DNA from: Armatimonadota bacterium
GTDB taxonomy: Bacteria; Armatimonadota; UBA10988
NCBI GenBank assembly: GCA_016235455.1
Contig: JACRKZ010000031.1
Location: 1-64,000 of the forward strand
Direction of reading: 5' to 3'
DNA length: 64,000 nt
Part shown: positions 9,383 through 17,242 of the stretch, piece after piece
How the letters are laid out: the number at the start of each line of letters is the position of its first letter
Position numbering within the stretch: the first letter of the stretch is position 1
Position numbers and translations under genes: made by a program
Notes under the pieces: generated by a model
The model's database searches: none
The model's input: the letters and a program-made list of their open reading frames with translations, nothing else
Told to the model about the DNA's origin: nothing

Positions 9383-10090
9383 TTACTTCTTGCCCTTGCC
9401 GCCGCCGGCGCGAGCCGCGCGCGCCGGCAGGCGCAGCACGACCGAGGCCAGGTGCTGCCGGCCCTTGCCGCCGACCGCCTGCGTCACTTCGACCGTGTCC
9501 TGCTTGGCCAGGTCGTCGTGCTTCAGCGACGAAGCCACGAGCACCGTCACCGGCTCGGCCAGCGCGATGGTGACGTCCTTCTCCGCGGTCTTGAGGGTCA
9601 GCGAGTCCGCCGTCACGGCGGTCACCTGCCCGACCAGCACGGTCGGCTTGGGCAGGTTCTTGGCGCCTTTGGCAGCCTTGCCGGCCAGGCGGGCGGTCAG
9701 CGGGCGCGACGCGGCGTCAAGGGCGAGCGTGGCCTCGTCTTCCTTGCCCGTCCACACCACCAGGCCCTGCGCCGTGGGCTTGTCAGGGTTGGCGTCGACC
9801 ACCACCGCGGCGAAGGTCTGCGCCTTTACGTCGGCCACCGCGCCCATCGCCAGGCTGGCGTAGAGCGTCTTGTCGTTGAGCGTGAACTCCGCCGCCTCGG
9901 GCGGCTGGCCCGCCGCGGCCTTGCCTTTGGCCGTGTGCATCACGGTCAGCGCTGTTGCCGAGATATCGGAGATGGTGCCCATCACCGGGGCCTTGGCCTT
10001 GGCCGGGCCCGCCTGCTTGTCGCCCTTGGCCGCTATGGCCGGCAGGCACAGCAGAGCCGTTGCGGCGACAGCCATCCACACCTTCTTCAT
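9383..10090 (-). CDS. Secreted DUF5666-like protein, paralog of 7152-7937
   Basis: AAGGAG RBS; signal peptide MKKVWMAVAATALLCLPAIA; shares FT.NDKTLYA, ADVK.Q..AVV, DKPTA.G and LT.KTA.K.V with the paralog. Confidence 0.7.
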   Translation of the reverse strand: MKKVWMAVAATALLCLPAIAAKGDKQAGPAKAKAPVMGTISDISATALTVMHTAKGKAAAGQPPEAAEFTLNDKTLYASLAMGAVADVKAQTFAAVVVDANPDKPTAQGLVVWTGKEDEATLALDAASRPLTARLAGKAAKGAKNLPKPTVLVGQVTAVTADSLTLKTAEKDVTIALAEPVTVLVASSLKHDDLAKQDTVEVTQAVGGKGRQHLASVVLRLPARAARAGGGKGKK

Positions 10091-10122
10091 CACAGTCTCC
10101 TTGTAGACCAACGCCACCCAAT

Positions 10123-10147
10123 GACGCCGGATCCGGGCGCCGGTTCA
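10123..10147 (-). promoter_or_regulatory. Putative ECF sigma promoter (TGAACC-N15-CGTC)
   Basis: Minus strand TGAACCggcgcccggatccggCGTC about 30 nt upstream of ATG 10090. Confidence 0.5.
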
Positions 10148-10226
10148 GTGGTCGCGTTACCAAACCCCTACCGGTCGGTAACCGGTCTGGGATCGCCGGG
10201 TCGCGGCGCGGCGCACGGCCTCGACC

Positions 10227-12980
10227 TTACTCGGCGAACCGTAGCGCCTCGATGTTGGCGATGCCCACGCCGCCGCTGAACGTCAGGTAGACCAGCCGCT
10301 GGCCCGTGGCGCCCTTGAGCGGCACGGACTGCTCAGCAAAGACGCGGAAGCCGCCGGTACTGGTGAACGTATGCCGCCCGACCTCGGGACCGGTGGGTGA
10401 GTCCAGGCGCACCGAGAGCCGGCCGCCCGCGAAGTTCGGGTCGATGCCCACGCGCAGGACCAGCGTCCGGAACCGCTCGGCACCCAGCTCGAACGGGCCA
10501 AAGCCCAGGTGGTCGCCGTTCTCGATGTGCCCCATGGGGCCGGCAGGATCGATCTCGACGCCGTGGTTCTCGCTGATCTGCGCCGCGCGCAGCCAGCCGT
10601 CGGGCGTGGCCCGCATGGGATCGCTGAGTACCAGCGGCGTGTAGCGCCCGCTGGCCACCGGTCCGAGCTGCCCATCGCGCACGGCGCGCGCTTTGACCGT
10701 GGTCGGCGCCGTGAGTCGCAGGGGGGCGGCGTAGGCCGGCGAGGCCGCGGTCGGCTCACTGCCGTCGACGGTGCAGACGATCCGCTGATCCGCCCAGCGC
10801 GGCCGGATGACCACGGCCTGGCCGGGCAGCAGGCCACCCTCGGCGGGGAACAGCGCCGGCTCGGCCAGCGGCAGCGTCAGACGGTAGGCATCGCGTTGCA
10901 GGCCGATGGTGTCGAAGGGGATCGGAGGGCAGGCGCCCAGCGGCTCGCGCGTCTCGAAGGTCAGCCGGTCGTCGTGCACGAACGCGGGCGGCGCGTCCAG
11001 CGTGGTGTTGTCCGCGGCGCGGTTGCGCGCCGTTTCGAAGCTGCCGGCCGAGCGCCACCGCGCGTTGCGCAGCACGTCGCTGCCGGTGACGATCTGATCG
11101 GTGGGTGCCCACAGGTCGAGCAGCCAGGGGTAGCGGGTGTCATACGGCGGCTTGGTCACGTCGATGTCGCCGCGCAGCCGCTTGATCTGGAGCGGGTCCT
11201 TGATGTAGTCGGCCCAGCCCGCCCGGTCCAGGCCGGCGGGGATATGCAGGCCGTTCTGCTCATACAGCAGGTTGCCCTCGATACGGTGCAGCCGGCCGCC
11301 ATTGATGGCGAACGGCATGGCGCGGTTGCGCCAGAAGACGTTGCCGCGCACGAGCGTGCCCGAGGCACCATCGTCGCAGTAGATCAGCGACGAGACGCCG
11401 AGCGGCGAGCCATTGGCCCAGAAGAAGTTGCTGGTGACCTCGTTGCCGGCCTCGCTGGGGTCGCGGCCCATGTAGAACACACCCATGTCGTCGGCCACCA
11501 GCAGCGTGTGGTGGATCTCGTTGCGCGTCACGCGGTGGTCGTTGCCGTGCAGGTAGAGCGCCAGGCCCGGCGCGTCGTGGATCAGGCAGCCGCTGACCTC
11601 GTTGCCCACACCGTCGAGGTTCACCGCGCCGCGATAGGTGCGTTCCAGGCGGTTGAAGTCATGGAGATGGCAGTTGCGCACGGCATTGCCCGCCGGCGTC
11701 AGGGTCACGCGGTCGCCGCCGCCCAGACTGATTGCGCCGGCGCCCAGGCCGTAAAGGTCGCAGGACAGCACCTGATGGTTGCGCCCGGCGCGGCGGTCGA
11801 GGGTGCTGTGGGCATAGATGTACTCGTGCCAACTGCCCAGCGCGCGGCTGATCGGCTGGCCATCGGGCATCTCGTGGCGGTAGATCTTGTCCGGCTCGAT
11901 GCCCTGGCCGATGCACACGCCGACGGTGCCGAAGTTGCGGATGGTGCAGCCGGCCAGGATGCAGCTCTCGCCGCGCTCGATGTACACGCCGAGGCCGCGG
12001 CCCAACTCGATGGTCAGGCCGGCCAGCGTGACATACGAGGCACCTTCCAGGCAGACCAGCGGCGCATCGAGCAGCGAGACCGAGTAGGTGCCGGCGCCCA
12101 CCGGCGGCCAGACGTAAAGCTTGCCGGCGGTGCGGTCGACGTAGTACTCGCCCGGCCGGTCGATTTCCTCGAGCAGGTTGAGCGCATACCAGTGCCGCCA
12201 CGGCGCTCCGGTGGCGATGCCATACATGGTGGCCTGGGCCATGGTCAGCGTCTTGGCCGCCGGGTCGATCTTGGCCAACTTGATGGTGTCGTCGGCATAG
12301 CCGTAGTTGAAGAGGCCCGACAGCCACACATCGTCGGCGGCCAGCCAGCGCTCGGGGCGGTCGCCGTCATAGCCGAAGGTGCCACCGCGCTCGGCGTAGT
12401 CGCCGTCGCGCGGCACGCTGCCCTTGTCCTTGACCGCGCCGATGAGCTGCGTGCCGTCATTCGGCCAGCGCGCAATCTCGAGCGCGCGGTCGTCGCAGAA
12501 CAGCTCCAGGCCGGGGTTGGTATAGGGCCGGCGGAAGCCGCGCGCGCTCATCCGCCCCAGATTGCCAATGCCCAGCGCGGCCAGGTCGAACATGCGCACC
12601 GTGGCCCGCGCGCTGGGGTCCAGCCGCTTCAAGACCGCGGCATCGGTCACCGACTGCCCCTGGCCGGGCAGGTCGCGGCCGCCGCGCAAGCGCACGCGGC
12701 CGGGATTGACCGCGCGCCAGAGCACTGGTGCGCCGTCGCGGCCGGAGTCGCGCGCGTCGAGCTCCAATGGCGCGGTCAGCTCCCAGGCGCCGTCGTGCAG
12801 CCAGACCGTCGAGCCCCCACGGTTCGGGGTGGCGCGGACCGCGTCGCGCGCGCGCGTGAGCGTGCGGAACGGGCGCGCCTGCGTGCCGGGGCTGGCATCG
12901 TCGCCGGTGGGGGCGACGTGGAAGTCGGCGGCGGCGAGCGCTCCGCAGAACAGCATCAGCAGCGACAAGACGCGTGTCAT
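10227..12980 (-). CDS. Secreted beta-helix glycoside hydrolase (GH141-like) with FN3-associated/chitobiase and CBM6-like domains
   Basis: FHVAPTGDDASPGTQARPFRTL, NLLEEIDRPGEYYVD, IYCDDGASG, TVDGSEPT..SPAY..P and a C-terminal RLDSPTGP.VG CBM6-like domain. Confidence 0.75.
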   Translation of the reverse strand: MTRVLSLLMLFCGALAAADFHVAPTGDDASPGTQARPFRTLTRARDAVRATPNRGGSTVWLHDGAWELTAPLELDARDSGRDGAPVLWRAVNPGRVRLRGGRDLPGQGQSVTDAAVLKRLDPSARATVRMFDLAALGIGNLGRMSARGFRRPYTNPGLELFCDDRALEIARWPNDGTQLIGAVKDKGSVPRDGDYAERGGTFGYDGDRPERWLAADDVWLSGLFNYGYADDTIKLAKIDPAAKTLTMAQATMYGIATGAPWRHWYALNLLEEIDRPGEYYVDRTAGKLYVWPPVGAGTYSVSLLDAPLVCLEGASYVTLAGLTIELGRGLGVYIERGESCILAGCTIRNFGTVGVCIGQGIEPDKIYRHEMPDGQPISRALGSWHEYIYAHSTLDRRAGRNHQVLSCDLYGLGAGAISLGGGDRVTLTPAGNAVRNCHLHDFNRLERTYRGAVNLDGVGNEVSGCLIHDAPGLALYLHGNDHRVTRNEIHHTLLVADDMGVFYMGRDPSEAGNEVTSNFFWANGSPLGVSSLIYCDDGASGTLVRGNVFWRNRAMPFAINGGRLHRIEGNLLYEQNGLHIPAGLDRAGWADYIKDPLQIKRLRGDIDVTKPPYDTRYPWLLDLWAPTDQIVTGSDVLRNARWRSAGSFETARNRAADNTTLDAPPAFVHDDRLTFETREPLGACPPIPFDTIGLQRDAYRLTLPLAEPALFPAEGGLLPGQAVVIRPRWADQRIVCTVDGSEPTAASPAYAAPLRLTAPTTVKARAVRDGQLGPVASGRYTPLVLSDPMRATPDGWLRAAQISENHGVEIDPAGPMGHIENGDHLGFGPFELGAERFRTLVLRVGIDPNFAGGRLSVRLDSPTGPEVGRHTFTSTGGFRVFAEQSVPLKGATGQRLVYLTFSGGVGIANIEALRFAE

Positions 12981-13078
12981 GGCCCAGACCTCTCAGCCGG
13001 AGAGTTGGCCCGCGGCAGAATGAAACCTGCCCCCCACGGCGAACGTCCCTACAGTGTCGCCGAGAGGACCACCACGCT

Positions 13079-14059
13079 ATGAGGAAGCTGTCGTACGCCA
13101 AAGCCCTGCGCGAAGCGCTGTGCATCGAGATGGACCGTGACGAGCGGGTCATCCTGCTGGGCGAGGATATCGCGGCCTATGGCGGGTCGTTCAAGGTGAC
13201 TGACGGGCTGCTGGCCCAATACGGCGCTGAGCGGGTGCGCGATACGCCGATCAGCGAGAACACCATCGTCGGGCTGGCCACGGGCGCCGCGCTCATGGGC
13301 TTGCGGCCGGTGGCTGAGATCATGTTCATGGATTTCATCGGCCTCGCGGTCGACCAGATCGTGAACCATGCCGCCAAGTTCCACTACATGTATGGCGGGC
13401 AGAAGGCCGTGCCCATCGTCGTGCGCACGCCCGCCGGCGGCGGGCGTGGCTATGGCCCGACACACAGCCAGAGCCTCGAAGCCTGGTTCATGCATTCGCC
13501 CGGCCTCAAGGTGGCCTGTCCGGCCACGCCGGCCGATGCCAAGGGCTTGCTGCTGAGCGCCATGCGCGACGACAACCCGGTGCTGTTTGTCGAGAACAAG
13601 CTGCTGTATGGCGTGCAGGACGAGGTGCCCGAGGGCGACTACACCGTGCCCTTTGGCCAGGCCCGCATCGCGCGCGAAGGCACCGACCTGACCATCGTCA
13701 CCTACAGCCGCATGGTCGGGGAGTCGGTGGTGGCGGCCGATGCGCTGGAGCAGCAGCACGGTATCAGTGCCGCGGTGATCGACCTGCGCACGCTGTGTCC
13801 GCTGGATATGGACACGGTCACCGAGTCCGTCTCCGCCACCGGCCGCTGCCTGATCGTGGCCGAAGACTACCAGACGGCCGGTGTCGCCGCGGAGATCGGC
13901 TTCCAGGTCATCGAGCGCGCGTTTGAGTACCTCGACGCACCGCTGCGCAGAGTCTGCGGGCTGGACGTGCCCATTCCCTGTGCGCGCGGGCTGGAGGAGA
14001 TTGTCTTGCCCACGCGAAGCCGCATCGCGACCGCGGCGTTCGAGTTGGCGACATTCTGA
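13079..14059 (+). CDS. 2-oxoacid/acetoin dehydrogenase E1 beta subunit (PdhB/AcoB family)
   Basis: LLGEDI, RVRDTPISE, AEIMFMDF, HSQSLEAW, IDLRTL.PLD. Confidence 0.93.
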   Translation: MRKLSYAKALREALCIEMDRDERVILLGEDIAAYGGSFKVTDGLLAQYGAERVRDTPISENTIVGLATGAALMGLRPVAEIMFMDFIGLAVDQIVNHAAKFHYMYGGQKAVPIVVRTPAGGGRGYGPTHSQSLEAWFMHSPGLKVACPATPADAKGLLLSAMRDDNPVLFVENKLLYGVQDEVPEGDYTVPFGQARIAREGTDLTIVTYSRMVGESVVAADALEQQHGISAAVIDLRTLCPLDMDTVTESVSATGRCLIVAEDYQTAGVAAEIGFQVIERAFEYLDAPLRRVCGLDVPIPCARGLEEIVLPTRSRIATAAFELATF

Positions 14060-14097
14060 GCCGACCGTCAAGCGTCCGCAGGCGTCAGGAGCCATCC

Positions 14098-15501
14098 ATG
14101 CCCGACCGACGCGCGTTCCTGGCGACTACGGCGATGCTGGCGGCGACGCGTCTGCGCGCTGCCAAGCCGCCCAACATCGTCTTCATCCTGACCGACGACC
14201 AGGGCTACGGCGACCTGTCGTGCCACGGCAACCCGATCCTGCGCACTCCGAACATCGACCGCATCCACCGCGATGCGGTGCGCCTCACGGAGTTCCACGT
14301 CAGCCCGACCTGCGCGCCGACGCGCTGCACGTTGATGACCGGGCGGCATGAGTTCCGCTCGGGCGTGACGCACACCATTCTGGAGCGCGAACGCATGGCC
14401 CTGTCGGCCGCCACGCTGCCCGAGATGCTGCGGCGCGCGGGCTACACCACCGGCATCTTCGGCAAGTGGCACCTGGGCGACGAGGATGCCTACCTGCCCG
14501 AACGGCGCGGCTTCGACGAGGTCTACATCCACGGCGGCGGCGGCATCGGCCAGAGCTATCCCGGCAGTTGCGGCGATGCGCCGGGCAACACCTACTTCTC
14601 GCCGACCCTGTGGCACAACGGCCGGTTCGAGAAGACCGACGGCTACTGCACTGACCTGTTCTTCGGCGCCGCTGAGCGCTGGGTGGGCCAGGTGCGCGGC
14701 AAGCAGCCGTTCTTTGCCTACATCACGCCCAACGTGCCACACGGCCCGTTGCAGGTGCGCGACGAGGACCTGGCGGTGTACCGCGGCAAGGTGCCGGACA
14801 ACACCGCCAAGTTCTTCGGCATGATCCACAATCTCGACCAGAACGTTGGCCGGCTGCTCGACGCGCTCACCCGCTGGGACCTGGACCGCGACACGCTGGT
14901 CGTCTTCATGACCGACAACGGCGGCACGGCCGGTCTGCAGGTGGGCAACGACGGCATGAGGACCGGCAAGGGCACCGCCTTCCGCGGCGGCACGCGCGTG
15001 CCGTCGTTCTGGCGCTGGACCGGTACGCTGACGCCCGGTGACCGGCCGCAACTCGCCGGCGCCATCGACGTGCTGCCGACGCTGGCCGAGCTGGTCGGCG
15101 CGCAACCGGCGCAGCCGGTCGATGGACGCAGCCTGCTGCCGCTGCTGCGCGATCCGGCGGCCGCGTGGCCCGACCGTCTGCTCTACACCCATGTCGGCCG
15201 ATGGGAGCGGGGTCAGGCGGCGGGCAGCAAATACCGCCAGTGCCGCGTGCGCGCGCCACGCTGGGAACTCGTCTCCAACAGCCGGACGACCGAGCCGGCC
15301 TGGCAGCTGTACGACATCTTCGCCGATCCGGGCGAGCGAACCGACCTGGCCACGCGGCAGCCCGCCGTGGTCGCCGAGCTGGCCGCCGCCTACGACCGCT
15401 GGTGGGAGAGCATCCTGCCGGGCCTGGTCAACGAGGAGGTCACCGGCCCGGCCGAGAATCCCTACCGCACCCGCTACGAGCAGCAGTTCGGCAAGGCATG
15501 A
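14098..15501 (+). CDS. Arylsulfatase (S1 family), Tat-exported
   Basis: DRRAFL twin-arginine signal; PNIVFILTDDQG, the CxPxR motif CAPTR, GKWHLG and TDNG. Confidence 0.93.
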   Translation: MPDRRAFLATTAMLAATRLRAAKPPNIVFILTDDQGYGDLSCHGNPILRTPNIDRIHRDAVRLTEFHVSPTCAPTRCTLMTGRHEFRSGVTHTILERERMALSAATLPEMLRRAGYTTGIFGKWHLGDEDAYLPERRGFDEVYIHGGGGIGQSYPGSCGDAPGNTYFSPTLWHNGRFEKTDGYCTDLFFGAAERWVGQVRGKQPFFAYITPNVPHGPLQVRDEDLAVYRGKVPDNTAKFFGMIHNLDQNVGRLLDALTRWDLDRDTLVVFMTDNGGTAGLQVGNDGMRTGKGTAFRGGTRVPSFWRWTGTLTPGDRPQLAGAIDVLPTLAELVGAQPAQPVDGRSLLPLLRDPAAAWPDRLLYTHVGRWERGQAAGSKYRQCRVRAPRWELVSNSRTTEPAWQLYDIFADPGERTDLATRQPAVVAELAAAYDRWWESILPGLVNEEVTGPAENPYRTRYEQQFGKA

Positions 15502-15511
15502 GGAGCGCGTC

Positions 15512-17239
15512 ATGATGCCCTTGGCTCTCCTACTGGCGCTGACCGCCGCGCAGGCGCCCTTCGCCACGCCCGAGGCGGTCTGGCGTGACTTCGATCCGCG
15601 GCGCGATCCGCTCGATGTCGAGATCAAGAAGGAGTGGACCGAAGGCGGCGCGCACTACCGCGAGTTCTACTTCACCGGCGAGACCATCGATGGCCAGGTC
15701 GTGCGCGTGTATGCTCAGTACGGTGCGCCCGAAGGCGGCAAGTCGCTGCCCGCGGTGCTGCACATCCATGGTGGCGGCCAGACGGTGAACCCGTCGTGGC
15801 TGGCCTTCTGGACCAGGCGCGGCTACGCGGCGATGACCTTCAACTGGGGCGGCCGCTGGGACAATCGCGCCGAGTTCACGCGCTGGGGCACCTTCAAGGA
15901 GGGCAACCACCTTGACGCGCGCACGGGTGTGGTGGTCCATCCCGACCAACGCGCCTCGTGCTGGTACCACTGGGCGGTGCTCTCGCGCCGCTGCCTGACC
16001 TACCTTGAGCAGCAACCCGAGGTCGATGCGCAGCGACTGGGCATCTTCGGCGTGTCCATGGGCGGCACGCTGGTCTGGCCGATCGCGGCCATGGACAAGC
16101 GCGTCAAGGCGGCCTGCGCCATCTACGGCAACGGCTGGGACACGCATCCACCCGACGTGACGGCGCCCGATCCGCGCGCCGACGATGCCGACACCCGCTT
16201 GTGGCGCGCCACCATGCAGGGCGAGTCGTATGCGCCGCTGATCCGCTGCCCGCTGCTGTTCCTCAGCGCCACCGACGACCAGCATGGCCGCATGGACCGC
16301 ACGGACGCCATCCTGAGCCGGCTCGGCGGGCCCGGCTGGCAGGCGGTCACGCCCAACCAGCGTCACCATGTCGCGCCCGACCAAGGCCGGTCACTGCCGA
16401 TGTTCATGGATGCCGCGCTGCGTGGCGGCCCAGCCCTGCCCAAGTCGCCCGAGACCGCGCTGGATCTGGCCGGCAACGGCGTGCCGCGGCTGCGTGTGAC
16501 GCCGGACAGGCTGGCCGACGTGGAGCGGGTCGACGTCTGGTATGCCCTGGGCCAGACTCAGCCCATGGCTCGTCACTGGCGCCTGGCGAAACCCGTGCGC
16601 GCGGGCGACATCTGGACCGCCGCGCTGCCGGTGATGGATACCGGGCAGCGGCTCTACGCCTTCGCCAACGTCGGCTATCGCGGCGGCCCGTGCCTGACCT
16701 CGGCGCAGCAGTCGGCCGTGCCGAGCCGGCTTGGCGCGGCGCGGGCCACGGACCAGGCCTCGTCGCTGGTCGACGACTTCGCCGATGGCCTCCACGCCTG
16801 GGTCCGGCCGGCTTCGTACACCGATCCCGACCGCGACACGACGTACCTGAAGCTGGGCCAGGGCCCCGATGGCCGGCCGGCGCTGGTGCACGAGAGCACC
16901 ACGGGCGGCCACATTCAGGTGGGCACGCACAAGATCGGCGATCCCGCCTGGCGCGGGCCAGTTGGCGCCGCGCTCAGCTTCGAGATCTTCTCCACCCAGG
17001 CCAACACCCTCACCGTGGCGCTGACCGAGAACGAGTTCGTGCCCGGCATGAAGGTCTACACAGCCGAGGTGGCGCTGCTGGCCTCGGCCGCGTGGCAGAC
17101 CGTGACGCTGCGCCCGGCCGAGCTGAAGACCGACAAGGGCGAGGTGCTGGCCGACTGGCAGCGGGTGACCAACCTGGAGCTGCGCAGCAGCACCTGGAAG
17201 GGCGGCGACTTCACGCTCGGGCCCGTGCGCTGGCGCTGA
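15512..17239 (+). CDS. Secreted alpha/beta hydrolase (acetylxylan-esterase/dienelactone-hydrolase-like) with C-terminal CBM-like domain
   Basis: Signal peptide MMPLALLLALTAAQA; PAVLHIHGGG; GVSMGG nucleophile elbow; C-terminal WQTVTL.P.EL jelly-roll-like region. Confidence 0.75.
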   Translation: MMPLALLLALTAAQAPFATPEAVWRDFDPRRDPLDVEIKKEWTEGGAHYREFYFTGETIDGQVVRVYAQYGAPEGGKSLPAVLHIHGGGQTVNPSWLAFWTRRGYAAMTFNWGGRWDNRAEFTRWGTFKEGNHLDARTGVVVHPDQRASCWYHWAVLSRRCLTYLEQQPEVDAQRLGIFGVSMGGTLVWPIAAMDKRVKAACAIYGNGWDTHPPDVTAPDPRADDADTRLWRATMQGESYAPLIRCPLLFLSATDDQHGRMDRTDAILSRLGGPGWQAVTPNQRHHVAPDQGRSLPMFMDAALRGGPALPKSPETALDLAGNGVPRLRVTPDRLADVERVDVWYALGQTQPMARHWRLAKPVRAGDIWTAALPVMDTGQRLYAFANVGYRGGPCLTSAQQSAVPSRLGAARATDQASSLVDDFADGLHAWVRPASYTDPDRDTTYLKLGQGPDGRPALVHESTTGGHIQVGTHKIGDPAWRGPVGAALSFEIFSTQANTLTVALTENEFVPGMKVYTAEVALLASAAWQTVTLRPAELKTDKGEVLADWQRVTNLELRSSTWKGGDFTLGPVRWR

Positions 17240-17242
17240 TCG

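Noticed and set aside
10509-13082. 857-aa plus-strand ORF
   Set aside because: Antisense shadow of the beta-helix hydrolase; no motifs.
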